Part shown: one piece after another, positions 50,291 to 62,822 of the stretch
Numbering within the stretch: position 1 is the stretch's first letter
Layout: every line of letters begins with the position of its first letter
Source: Enoplolaimus lenunculus
Lineage: Eukaryota
Reading direction: 5' to 3'
DNA length: 64,000 nt
Assembly (NCBI GenBank): GCA_030248215.1
Contig: JASANG010003752.1
Coordinates: forward strand, 744,001-808,000
The notes under the pieces: model-generated
The model's database searches: none
Seen by the model: only the letters and a program-made list of their open reading frames with translations
Told to the model about the DNA's origin: nothing
Program-made: the position numbers and the translations under genes

Positions 50291-53200
50291 ATAATTTCAT
50301 ACTACTTTTGAATTTTATCTAAGGTTTTTCCTGACTGCGATTACGTGCCATAATAATGTTTACCAGGATTACTTGTGATTGCAGTGGCTGCAAAATTACA
50401 TGTATTTCTAAATGAACACCCTAGCAAAACGTACTGTATTAACGCTACTGATTTGTAATTCGTAGCTGGTTTGAGTAATATTTTGTCAGCCCATCTATAA
50501 AACATGCCCTAGAACAAAGGTCCGTATTCTCAATTGTGTGTACCACCTATCACCAATTGGTAACAGGTTTTCGAAAGCCAACCGCGGCAGCTCCCAGTAA
50601 GCTCTTCACACCATCGCCATACCTCCACTGGTGGGGGTGCCAAAACCGTCATTCTTTATCTACTGACCAATCGGATACTAAAATATGCCAAACTTTGAAG
50701 ATTTCCATTGCCTAGTTAGAAATTTACAGGTCTTAGTCACTGACTGCGGTTATAGCTGCTACATACATTTCGAAATATGACCACAAAAGTGAATCTGCAT
50801 CTAAGTCTAAAGATGACAATTAGGGTTATCCGTCGTCGCCCGTAGCAGTATAAGTCGTCGTATATACATCTAAACCATAAGTCTACGCGTTTTAGCAAGG
50901 GTTTAAAGTCTCCGAGTCTGTTCGGAATTCGCTCCACACATTCGCAACGGCGTCAATGACAATGTATTCGACAACCGGTCTTTGATTCAAAAATTCGTGG
51001 AAAACAATTTCTCACGCTTTCAGTGTAAAATGTGCACGATGCTTAAAATGCTGGGGTGTTTTTTGGAAACCTTACGTTTAGAGTGAATTCTGTGCTTCTT
51101 TTATGACCGTAGCCGTTCAGAAATTAAGCTCAGAAGTATTTCATTAGCAGCTTAAAAACGCACGCTGATCGTGAATAATCTATTTGTAAGCTGCAAAATT
51201 AATTTCCTTGATTGCCGTCGTTTCTATAACAATAATAACCATACTGAAGATTACTCAGTTGGCACATGACAATTTCTTTAACAAAATACTCGAGCATATA
51301 TACCTATTTATTCCAACTGCAAAGCCATTTAAGCGTGTGTCGAAAATGTACATATATATGTGCTACGTAAACCGTTTTTTGCGTATCGCTTTCATATTCA
51401 TGATTCAGCGTTTTTTTTTCAAAAATTGAAGTGGGCTTTTGGTAGCTTTTTTAAATTTGAGCGGGTTTTTTTTAAAAATAGCTCGGTTTTCAAATACGTT
51501 CAAAAAAGTTAAAATGAAATAAGGCACAGATTTTACCATTGACTTGTGAAGATAGCAAAAATAACAGTATATTTTTCAATTTTATACTTCAAGTTTACAT
51601 TTCTGTAAAGGTCATTTTTCGAAGAAGCATTTGGAAACAGGAGCTCAGCAGCTGACGCAAACACGGGAGCTGCTCGTCAAACATGCTTTTGTCAGCGGTG
51701 GATCCGGAAATCTCTCATAAGGGAGAGACGCAAGCGCGCAATGAAGTATATAAGTGAACTTTACACTGTTAACAAAGCGAGCGAGAAGCTGAAATCAGCT
51801 TTAGTTTCTATCCTTATACAACTTTTTGTTTTTGGTTCGATGAGGGATTCTTCCGATTCCCAGTTAGGCAACAAAGTGTCAAAGAAGAAATAGTATAGTA
51901 CCAGACACCTTGCAAACGAAGAGTGCTAGAAACTAGACGTGTTTTCCAGTTAGTCTCCATTGTGGTTCTGCAATAGTGGATTTGGATAGATTTATAGTAG
52001 ATCCTAATGTGCTTTTTAATAGGATTTTTGAATTTTAGTGGGTTCTTTGAAAACCAACGATTGAAAACCCCTTTTTCATGTGCGTATTTTCTTTTTTGTA
52101 TAATTTCAAGCCAAGATTCGAATCGCAGCCTTTCAGATGGGAGGCGTTTACTATCACCACTTAGTTATAGAAGCTTGACACTGAAGCTCCAGTGGGCTCT
52201 CACGTTTTGAGGAAATTTTGTACTGCGCATACACAATTGTTAATCACTGCACGTTGTGCGCTAATTCACGTGCAGTTACCGCTTGCTCATAGTACACGCA
52301 ATATGAGAAATGGTTATATCCATCTGTATTGTTATGATCACCATAGATGAACATCAACTATAAAGTTGTACGTTTTATAGGTTTGCCAATGGGTAGATCA
52401 GGGTCTAGTAGAAACATATTCCTAAGCTTAACGTCTAAGCCTTAGCATAAAATAAGAATATGCTCAACGTTAAGCCTAATCCCATGCAAAAAATTGCTTT
52501 AGCCTAATCTTACTCAATGGTGGTCCTACGATAAAACGGTCCGCCCTGATCCATACATGGACCTTTGTCTCAAATATTTTAATTGTCCAATCAAGGTGCG
52601 TTTTTACTTAATGTCTTTATTGTTCTACCAATACAGTTCAGGTATGGAAACATTCACAGGCCTTTCTAAAATTCTAAAGCAAAAAATAGTTGATGCACCC
52701 AAGCTTTTTTAAAATTTTGAATGAATTCGTCATTTCTATTTCGCATTGAGCAACTGCATCATATGAAAAATTGCTCAATGTAAACGTGATTCAAAACTAA
52801 TTGTGAGTAAAAAAATAACACAATTTCCGTTATTTCCATATTACCGAAAACGGAAACGAACATCAATCTTTACCACACATGGAAATGGATATCCGGTTAC
52901 ACCCTGATACATTAGAAATCATCAAAAATTAAACCATGTTAAATATTTAGTTCGTATATTGTGCAATGTCGGCTTGCGTTTTGCAGGCGGCGTTTTACAG
53001 GTGTTATAAATGGTTTTTAACGATGATTTGATTTTTATGCGCTTGGTAAACCTGATGCATAGGTATTTTAATGCACAGCCTACAGGCATAGTTTTGGTTT
53101 TGGCCTTTTAATAAATACGCAATAATTTGCTTGAAAGCCATACAAAGATCGACCAATGTGTTTTTAGTCTTATTCCAGACCAACAGATGGAAGCTGCCTT

Positions 53201-53395
53201 CCAAAATTTTAAGCGCACTCGCTAGAAAACTTTCAATATAGTTCCTATACTGAGAGATTCCAGTTATGTCAAAACTCAAAAGTGAACAGAATAGCGAAAT
53301 CTGAAATTTTAGCGTAAAATTTCCAACAAAAATTCAGAGCGTCAAATTGTCGTTCAGAAACTTTACATAGCCACTACAGCTACTAAAAATATTAG

Positions 53396-53595
53396 GACCA
53401 TTGCAAAGAACAGTGGCGAAACAGTTTTATAAGCATATTCCTAAGCCTATGCCTAAGCCTAAGCGTAAGAATGAGCGTATTCCTATGCCTAAGCCTAAGC
53501 CTATGCCTAAGCCTAGTAAAAAATTAGTCTAAAGCTTAAGCTTACTCTATTGCAGTCCCAAAGAAAACTCTCCGCCCCTGATCATTACATGGGCC
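53396..53595. mobile_element. Merlin-like MITE with GCCTAA repeats
   Basis: Ends in CATGGGCC. AATATTAG is duplicated on both sides. Confidence 0.75.
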
Positions 53596-53701
53596 AATAT
53601 TAGAAAGTTGAAATAAAAGCACGCAATTGCCGACAAATCGGCTAATAGTTGAAAGATCCCGTGTTTGCTACATGGAATTAGACAGTTTTTATAGTGACAG
53701 T

Positions 53702-53893
53702 GGTCCGTGGTCCATGTTACTTTTATGGCCGTCCCGGTTTGTGGTTGGTCTGTAAAAGAGTAGGCTTAGATTCTAGAGTACATTTTTTTGCTTGGGCTTA
53801 GGCTTAGGAATACGCTTTTGCAACATTTAGGCTTAGGCTTAGGCTTAGGAATACGCTTACTCTACTGATACGGCCCTAAAAGTAACATTAGCC
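53702..53893. mobile_element. Merlin-like MITE with TTAGGC repeats
   Basis: GGTCC...ACATTAGCC termini with a perfect 8-bp TSD GTGACAGT. Confidence 0.8.
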
Positions 53894-54593
53894 GTGACAG
53901 TTTTAAAGTTTATGTTACTTTTCTATCAAAAACAATCAATGTTTATCAGAGAAAACGCAACCGTTTGCATCACGTTATTAATTTTTTATGCATACCATCG
54001 CTTTGTATACGTCACTTTGAGTTCAACTCTTTTTTAACAAAAAAGCGGAATTTGTATCGTTTTATACAAACTTCAGTCACGGATGTTATTCGTTTGTAGC
54101 TGTGAGTAAACGAAAAGGAAAGCAACGAAGTTGCCAAGCATTTTTTATATTGACAACATTGTGCGAAACAAATTGTTTATTTTCAATGACTCTACCTCTT
54201 CAATGCAAGCCACACCACTTGAACAATCATAATAATGTATACATCTACTGTAGTAGAATAAAATTCAATTGTTGCTAAACTGATGTTATGCGGCGACATT
54301 CGCTCAGCACTGTTGAACTCAGGCACCCGATCGCCGTAAGTAAATACTAACATATTATTAAATGTATTCAAACATTATCTTAGCCAGACTTACTGCGGCT
54401 ATGTCGCGGCTTACCCGCAACCCGTCCCCCAAAAAACCTAAACTGTGGGGCATTTTGGATCAAAAATAGTTTCATTTTGACGACGCATGTTTGTGCATTC
54501 AAGATCCTCAAAAATTTATGACGTTTGGTTTCAGTGGAGCTTTGAAAAGGGTCTTTCTCTTCATACACCGGGCAATTTTAGCCCGCCCCCCTA

Positions 54594-54994
54594 CTGTAGT
54601 GATCCGAATACGAGAGACTGATATTTATTTGGGCTCGGTCACTAACTGTTTATTGTTAACCCGCCCTCCGCTACGCTGCGTTTACTGATATATATGTCCG
54701 GTATTGCAACTTTTCGTTGAATTAAACGTTTTTTGCCTTGCATCAAAAACTTGAGCGATAATGCAAGGTTATACTTAGGAATGTACTTTCATACTTGAGT
54801 ACGCGTTAAAGTTTCGAACACAACTTTATTTGGTTCTGGAGTCATTTATGCGCTACAATTAGGGATACTTCACATTTATGGACTCTAATTTAGGGTTTAG
54901 GGACTCTATATCCGCTTACGGGCTCTTATTAGGGATACGGACTCTTACTGATTGGGACTCAAAATGGGGACCCCTATTATTCGGGCCCCTACAG
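54594..54994. mobile_element. CTGTAG-TIR MITE
   Basis: TA-flanked and homologous to 43103-43524. Confidence 0.8.
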
Positions 54995-55264
54995 TATCCC
55001 ATCAGAATAGGCGCTTTTCTGTTTGCTGCGGTGTTCTTTGAACACGTATACGAAGTTAAATATAGACAATCCATGATCGTTTTGTTCAATGAATTTTAAT
55101 TAACTACAACAGAGTTAGTAGTTAGCAGTGTACGGTTTGAAAGTTTGCCAATCCAGTCAGCAGTGATTGGGGGCGGTGTGTGAGCTTCAGATGAGAAGTT
55201 TTTTACATAATGTTGATGCAGCTTCAAATTTGCCAACTTTTTATCAATGTTTACTAACATTGCT

Positions 55265-55415
55265 GACCAATGTAAAGAACAGGGCCGGAACAGTATTGTA
55301 AGCATTTTCCTATTCCTAAGCGTAAAACCCTAAGCCTAAGCCTAAACCTAAGCCTAAGCCTAAGCCTAAGCCTAAGCCTAAGCCTAAGCCTAAACCTAAG
55401 CCCCGTCGATGGGCC
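55265..55415. mobile_element. Internally deleted Merlin-like MITE with about 12 near-perfect GCCTAA units
   Basis: GACCAATGT...ATGGGCC. Flanks ACATTGCT/AAATTGCT. Confidence 0.7.
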
Positions 55416-58073
55416 AAATTGCTCAAGGAACCAAGGGAGTTAGAGCTGCACCTTCTTGCACATATATAATATCTCCTTGCATCCTTCTTATTCTAGTGTT
55501 TTTCGATGTAATTTCTGTTTTTGTTGTCATGGATGGATGAAAACAAAAACTATTGGCTCTCAAAGATTGAACAAAATTGTCCTGGCATGAAAATTCTGGA
55601 CGCCGTCCCGGTTTCGGGGGTGTGTAAAAGATTGGGCTTAGACTGTTGAGACTACTTTTTTGCCTAGGATTGAGCTTAATAGGCTTAGGAATAGATATTT
55701 CAACCTTTAGGCTTTATAGGCTTAGGCTTCGCAATACGCTTAATCTACTGTTACGGCCCGAACAATAACATTGACCAAAGTTCTTTATACGGATAGTAAT
55801 TAATAATGTGACAAAGGTTAATTGTAAGCTCAGATTGAACGACCAGTATCCTGGCTGGAATGTATTTAACCGTCACTACTCAGCTATAATAGCTTGACCC
55901 TCCAACCCGAGTGACTCATACGCCGTGTGGAAGCTTTATAACGAACGTATGCAGTTGTCAGTGTGCATTGACTTTCTGCAGTTAACTGCTGATAGTATTT
56001 TCATTACGGAAAGTGTCTTGTGAATGACTTATTTTAACTGTTGAAACGAAGGTTTATATCAGCTTTGATTTGGACTTATAAACTGCGAAATGTACTTCGT
56101 GGTCAAACACACAGACCTGAAAGATTTGCATAAAATTTCGTCGTTCACACAGATTCCACCAAGCACGTAAATCACAACTTCAAAATTGTTAAAACTTGAA
56201 TTGTGTGAAATCACAGCCTGATAGAACCGCTAAAAGAGCCAGCTAATTAGTTATCCAACATTAATTTTTAAGGTACTTATGAACTCAAAACCTTGTTGCA
56301 TGCGAAACGCCAGACGCAATTTTTAGCATAACATTTTTTGTTTTACAAATGGTGCAAATCTCACATTTTGTTCATGAAATGAGTGAAGGATCAAGATCCC
56401 TCAGATCCGTCTACGGTTACGCGTTTAGATTCCATTTTTATTCTGCTTATCAATGTAAAAATGTTTGTTTCTATATCTTGTGCACCGCACACCAATTTGG
56501 CACAGTCTGTTTTTACGAGCCAGAATTCAAACTTATCCCCGGCATAAATGAGGCAGGGAAACCTTTCGGCACATAATTTCGGAGGACTTTTTTTATTGAA
56601 TACCGCGCTTTAAAATATAATTTGTGTTATCATCAAAATTAGCAGCTGCCACAACCTGTACGAGAGCAGTTTCGATGTTGATGTTGTTAATATTTATTGC
56701 TGGTGCTTTATGTGCTTTTACCTCTGGTTGCCTTATCGAAAACAAAACAGGCGGCGTATCAAAACCCAAATTTATTTTTGAGCATAAAATATAATTTTGA
56801 AACTGTGGTCCTTGATAGTCCGCACCTGCGCGGTACGTTGGAAATTTTTCAGAAAAAATGATAATGCAGTTGTTGTGTGCCTTAAATTGTCCCACCCTGA
56901 AAATAGCGGTTTGTATGAGCTTGACTAGCAAAATCAGGCCATTTGTACACTTGTTTCCAGCTCACAAGCTTAGCTTAAGTCTAAAGTTTAGTCCTAAGTT
57001 ATGGCAAAAACCTGAAAATTCCGAAAATGTATATGAAGCAATAAGGACGTCAAAATAATCAAACGTTAATAATACTAAAATGCGTACACCAGTCAGAACA
57101 CACGAAAATTAAAGTTGAATTTACGCTACGGAATTGCTGCTCTTGAGGAAGGTATATCCTGACGCATGCCTCCGGTTTCGGCTCCAGTACAATTCCTGCC
57201 GAACCTTCTGGCATTTTAGGTATTCAAATTTTTTCATATTTTTAGAAAAGCTATCTCGTTCAGAATGCGTTTGTTTGTTTCGTTGAATTTTTAGTAAAAA
57301 AAATATATATAAATTTGTCAAAAAATAAGCTTAAAGCCTAAATCTGTAATAGAGAGATATTTTCTCAAATTAGCAACGTAAATCTTTAACTGCATTAACT
57401 TTCGCTTCACCTTCGGATCTGGTTGTGGCAAAGTTGTTTAACATCAGACACCGGAAATTTAAGCCTTCGGTTCACCCTGCGTCTAGACAAAAGATCTACA
57501 GTATTCCATTGTTCGTGTACTTATGTGAAAACTCTATATAAACGCCCAATTATTTGTCACGCCTCGCGAATTAAAATAATTGCTCGGCACCTGCGTTCAG
57601 CAGAATTCGAACAGTTTAAGCAAGATGATCAGACTGTATCTCGTGACACACTTCAAAGTTTAAGGTTTCGGCTGCATTCTAATAAAAAGCTAAATGCTGA
57701 AATATAAAAAAGAATATGTTTCATAAATGGATGCCGTCAGAAACGTTTAAATGCACAGATTGGATTCAAATTTTTAGTGTAGATTTTACATAATCTGTTG
57801 TAGGAGAAAAATATACATTGTTACTCATAGAAGCCTTCATTTGTTTAGGAGGGTTACAGGAGTACGCTGTACCCACTTGCACATACCAGCCGGCACCGAT
57901 GCCTGCATCTATGCCCGTAGCCAACTCACCTTTCTATTTAAGGCTAAATATTTCTCAGGAGGGCATACAAGGGATTCGATGACTTACAAGCAAGATTGAA
58001 AATTTTCTGGGAGGGGGGAAATTTCTTCCAGGGGTGGGCTGAGCCCTCCCCAAGGCCTCTGCATTTGCATACA

Positions 58074-58245
58074 CACTGCAAAAATGGTGAGTCAAATTGA
58101 ATCTTTCCGAAATAAAGTAGGCTTCTCCGGACTACTCAAACAACTTCAAATTTGTCTCCGGCGGAGTCGAATTTTGAGTCCGCTTGTGTATTCTCGAAAA
58201 GCCAATTTCGGAGAAAGTCAATTTGACTCAACATTTTTTGCAGTG
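58074..58245. mobile_element. Palindromic CACTG-ended MITE
   Basis: Same family, with CA on both flanks. Confidence 0.75.
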
Positions 58246-58829
58246 CATATATATCATCGTCTCTGACGTATTCAAAAGCTTTATAGCCCATTACTCGTTT
58301 ACACATCTTTGTACAAATATTAATCTAGAATCTTCCAACAAAATATTTTAAACGTGCAGAGTAATCCTAGTACCACATTAAATTGCCAGGCCGTTTTGTT
58401 GATTTAATTTGTGTCAAATGATAACTAAACACCCGTTTCTCACTGTAAAGTATATTTTTTCGAACAGGTTGCTTAACGGAAAGACTAAAATAGCGGTCGA
58501 CAAAGGCGTTTATACATGTAAAAAGTGTTATCTCCGTAATACGGATTTTTTTCCAGTTGTGGAGGTCATGAGAAGCTCAAATGTGCAAAAATTTTCAAAA
58601 TCGAACCTAACCGAAGACACCGCAATAGTTTAGTAGCCAGAGAACTAGGGCAGCATTTTCAAGTGTAAAGCGTATTACCATTTAGCGATAGGTCTCCCAA
58701 ACAATCTATCTACCACAGCTGATGATCTGACTTTAAGCACAGTAACAGACAAAAAAACTTAACGAAAAATGAATGAACCAAATTTCAAAGCTCACCATTG
58801 ATTGCTTCTTCATCTACAATACCTGTTAC

Positions 58830-58999
58830 CAGTGGCGGATCCAGGATCTCAAAATGGGGGGCTAAAATTTCACAGGTGATAAAGTTACTTTTGCCCATAC
58901 ACAAACCACGAACTATTGTCACAAAATTTCTATATAATTTTTGTCGAGATGCTGTTGGGGGCCCACGGCCGGGGTGGGCCCCCCATGGATCCGCCATTG
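58830..58999. mobile_element. hAT-like MITE (CAGTGGCGGATCC TIR)
   Basis: TIR CAGTGGCGGATCCA / TGGATCCGCCATTG with a 7/8 TSD. Confidence 0.8.
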
Positions 59000-60016
59000 C
59001 CTATTACCAATTAGTGATAAGTGACATTTTTTATATATTTGAGAATACTGGTTCTTTCGAGCAAAACATTGTATCTGTCTACCATAGTGTAACCGGATAT
59101 CCGTTTCCGGTAACAATCGGTGATCGTTTCCGTTATAGAAATAACGGAAACTCTGTTTTTTACGTTGAAAATTAATTATAAATCACTTATATAACTCACA
59201 GTTTTTCTTTTCAGATATGCTACAATTGTTTGAAATGAAACAAAAATCACGAAATCCATCCAGCCTTAAAAATTTCGATGTATCCGCTATGTTTTCTTTA
59301 ATAGTTTTGAAAAGCCGGTGTGAATATGCACGCCTCAATAGCGTTGGCAGAAAAGTAAAACATTTTTGAAACTTTCACACTTCAATATCCGTTTTCCGTT
59401 TCCATTTCCATTATTTTGATCACTATCCGTTTCCGTTATATTTACTATCCGTTTATACCGCGCTGTTTACTAATTGTGTGTTTCAGGTCTATATTTTAAC
59501 AAATTAAATTTTAGTTTTAGACACCACAACGTTATTACGCATATTATTACAATTACAGTCGTTTAACATATTTATACTCGTGCAGCAAATACGAGACACT
59601 GTGATAAATTTGCTTTGCAAAATGGAAATGTTGCGAGACCCTCAAATAAAATCGACGCAATGCAACGCCTGAACGCACACAACTGATATTTTACCCACCA
59701 TCGTATCGATAAAAAGATCATTATCAGACGACGCAAATTAAATCAAAGCAATAATTACAGTTAATTTGGTGCTGCGCGCGTTCCAAGTGCTTGTGGCTAA
59801 TATGGTTTTACACAGCGACAATTTTTTGAACAGCAAAAATATACGCTGTTTACCCCGCTCGAGGCGAATAATAGCACCAATAACCAAAAAAAAATTCAAC
59901 ATTTATTGTGCCACCTGATACTAAACAGTTTAATATATAGTTATTAGGTGCGTTTTGATATATAAACGTACTTTTCTAAGTCTTTTGCTATTGCAGTATT
60001 TATTGTAACATCGTAG

Positions 60017-62822
60017 TCCATCAAATTTAAAAATAACTGGCCGCGGAGGAAAACCAGCCGCTGCAAAAGGCGGCGGATTTGCTGCCGCAGCGCGAGCTGC
60101 GGCTGCAGCGTCAGCCACGCGAGGTGCACGCTATGGTGGCGCTGCAGGTCCACCAGGCGGTTCGTTGCGTCGAGGACCCGCTGGCGGACCGGCGGCACCT
60201 GGAGCTGCTGGTGCGGTCGCAAGCGGGCCGCCGCCTTCTGTGCTAAAACGGAAGGCGGCGGCAGCTGCACGAAAATCCGCATCATCTACAAGTCGATCTC
60301 CAAGCCGAGGAAAAGATTCAACCGGGCCGGGGAGTGGCCCTGGTCAAATATCAGCAGGAGGTGCAGCAGTATTTGCTCAAGTCTCACGACAGCTATTGCT
60401 CAAATCATCAAGTGCCATGTCTAGTGTAGGTGGTACCGGAGTACCAGGTCAGCGGTCCGTAGACGAACCGTCCCAATCAAATCGACGTTTCGAATCTGAT
60501 CCGGGAAACATTAGAAGCGCAGGTCAGTCAACAAGTGCTTTGTCTCGGGTGAACTCAATCGGGCAAGTGCAACCGAAACCTGGCGCAACCGAATTGGCTC
60601 ACAAACATTCGCTTGGATCTTCTGATTCGGCTGGCGGCGGTCCAACACGGCGAATTCGACCAAGTTTTTTGCAGGCAGCGAAAACTGTTCAACTACAACA
60701 ACAACAACTCCGGCAACAACAAATACTCGATCAGTTGTCACAATACGCAGACGGCGAGACAGCATCTTGGGATCCTTCTACTCAAGAAGATGATGAAACA
60801 ACAAGGCAACAAAACGTTGCCGAAGACATAATTACCCAACATCCCGAAAGTATTTCACGACAAAGCTCAACTACATCCAGTCGCCAGGTACGTAAATCGT
60901 GTTCGGATCCAATGCGTAATTTAGACAAACGTCTCGAGATGGTTGATGCAAATATTGGCGATCACAAGATACGTGAAGCAGTTCATAGAAATAGCAATCA
61001 ACTTACAGCTCAGGCACAAGTAGGGTCACCGGAATCAGCGACACGGCTCACAAGTGTTGCTGGTTTAACGAGCCATGGGCCTATCAGCAAGCTGCAACAA
61101 CAACATAGAAGCCTATGGCAAACGCCGAAAACCACCAGTTCGCAAATCAATGATCCAAACGGCGCACATGACGACAGTTCTCTACCATTTGCCACCACTG
61201 ATAACATTCGTCAAGCGGATAACCGAAAAGAACTTGACCAAGCCATCGCTAAAGCAACAACAACAACAACAACAACGCCTATTTTCACTAGAAGAACATC
61301 ACGAGATGACAAAGGCAACCGGGCAAAACTATCCAAAACCAGTTCGATTTCTAGCCGCCGTTTGTCTATGTCGCCGCTCAGTGATGAAGGAAAACAGCAA
61401 CGGCCAATTGACAGCGAGCCAGATGAAACCGAAGGGCGAATCATTCTAAACGTCAGCGGACTTCGGTACGAAACTTACGAGCATCGTTTGAACGCATACC
61501 CGCATACGTTGCTCGGAGACCCAACTCGGAGGGCTGCGTTCTACGACGCGGAACGAGACGAATATTTCTTCGACCGGCATCGACCAAGTTTCGACGCGAT
61601 CATTCATTTCTACCAACCTGGTGGCGGAGGCCGCCTACGCAGGTCTTTGACCGTTCCGTTAGATGTATTCGCTGAAGAGGTGGCGTTTTTCGATATGGGC
61701 GAAGACGCGATTGCTCGATTCAAAGAAGACGAAGGATTTGCTGTCGAAGAAGAACAAACTCTACCAGAGGAGCCGTGGAAACGCCGCATATGGTTGCTCA
61801 TGGAGTACCCTGAAAGTAGCCAAGCAGCACGCGTATGCGCAATCATATCCGTCAGCGTGATTATCATTTCAATTTCAATATTTTGCCTTGAAACCTTGCC
61901 GTATTTTAATCCATTTAATCGTACTAACACGACGGTCTTTCGTACAAACTATACCGGTATATTGCCATTGCTAAATGAAACTTCACAATACTATTACCCT
62001 GAAGTAACCCCGAGGATCGGTGGTGTCAAAACAAGCTCTTCGTTGCACCAACCACAATTTACTGTTATTAAGCAAGTCCAAACAGTAATAACGCGTTCAA
62101 AATCGTTCAAATTTGATACATTTTTTATTATTGAAACCGTTTGCATTGTGTGGTTCACGCTAGAGCTTGCAACTCGTTTCATTAGTTGTCCAAGTCGTTT
62201 ATATTTTTTTACAAATATTATGAATTGCATTGATTTAATTTCGATCATTCCATATTTTGTAACACTTGGTACAATGCTTAACGCACAACAACATCATCAC
62301 GCGCAACAGTCATCGACCGAACTGAGTAGCACTCAACCAACAGCGATACTCATAGAATTAGAGCAACGTGAAGCGGAACTCGAAGAAGAACAACCACAAT
62401 CGCATACACAAGCAACGTCACTTGCTATACTGCGGGTAGTTCGGCTAATACGTGTCTTTCGAATATTCAAACTGTCGCGTCATTCAAAAGGATTACAAAT
62501 TCTGGGCCAAACGCTGCATGCCAGCATGCGTGAGCTCGGATTGTTAATATTTTTCTTATTTATTGGCGTTATACTATTTTCAAGCGCTGTCTACTTTGCC
62601 GAACAAGATGTTACTGAAACCGATTTTAAATCAATCCCTGACGCGTTTTGGTGGGCAATTATTACAATGACAACGGTTGGCTACGGTGATATGCAACCAA
62701 TTGGATTATGGGGTAAACTGGTCGGCTCTCTGTGCGCAATCGCTGGTGTACTGACAATTGCGTTGCCTGTGCCAGTAGTTGTATCAAACTTTAACTATTT
62801 TTATAACCGCGAACAAGATCAG
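60017..62822 (+). CDS. Shaker: Shaker/Kv1 voltage-gated K+ channel, one large exon (long N-terminus, T1, S1-S6); the C-terminal exon(s) and probably a 5' exon were not located
   Basis: T1 ([27 protein letters not shown]), S1 (YPESSQAAR), S4 ([23 protein letters not shown]), pore (TMTTVGYGD) and S6 (PVP). There is a donor CAG|GTTAGT at 62822/62823. The frame is open from a candidate acceptor at 60016; the first in-frame ATG is at 60417. Confidence 0.93.

Noticed and set aside
49400..59900. Additional genes among the short ORFs between MRPS35 and Shaker
   Set aside because: No recognisable motifs were found and most ORFs overlap MITEs. Small upstream Shaker exons could be hidden here but could not be identified.
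59930..62248. Antisense and alternative-frame ORFs over the Shaker exon
   Set aside because: They are expected by-products of GC-rich, low-complexity coding sequence.
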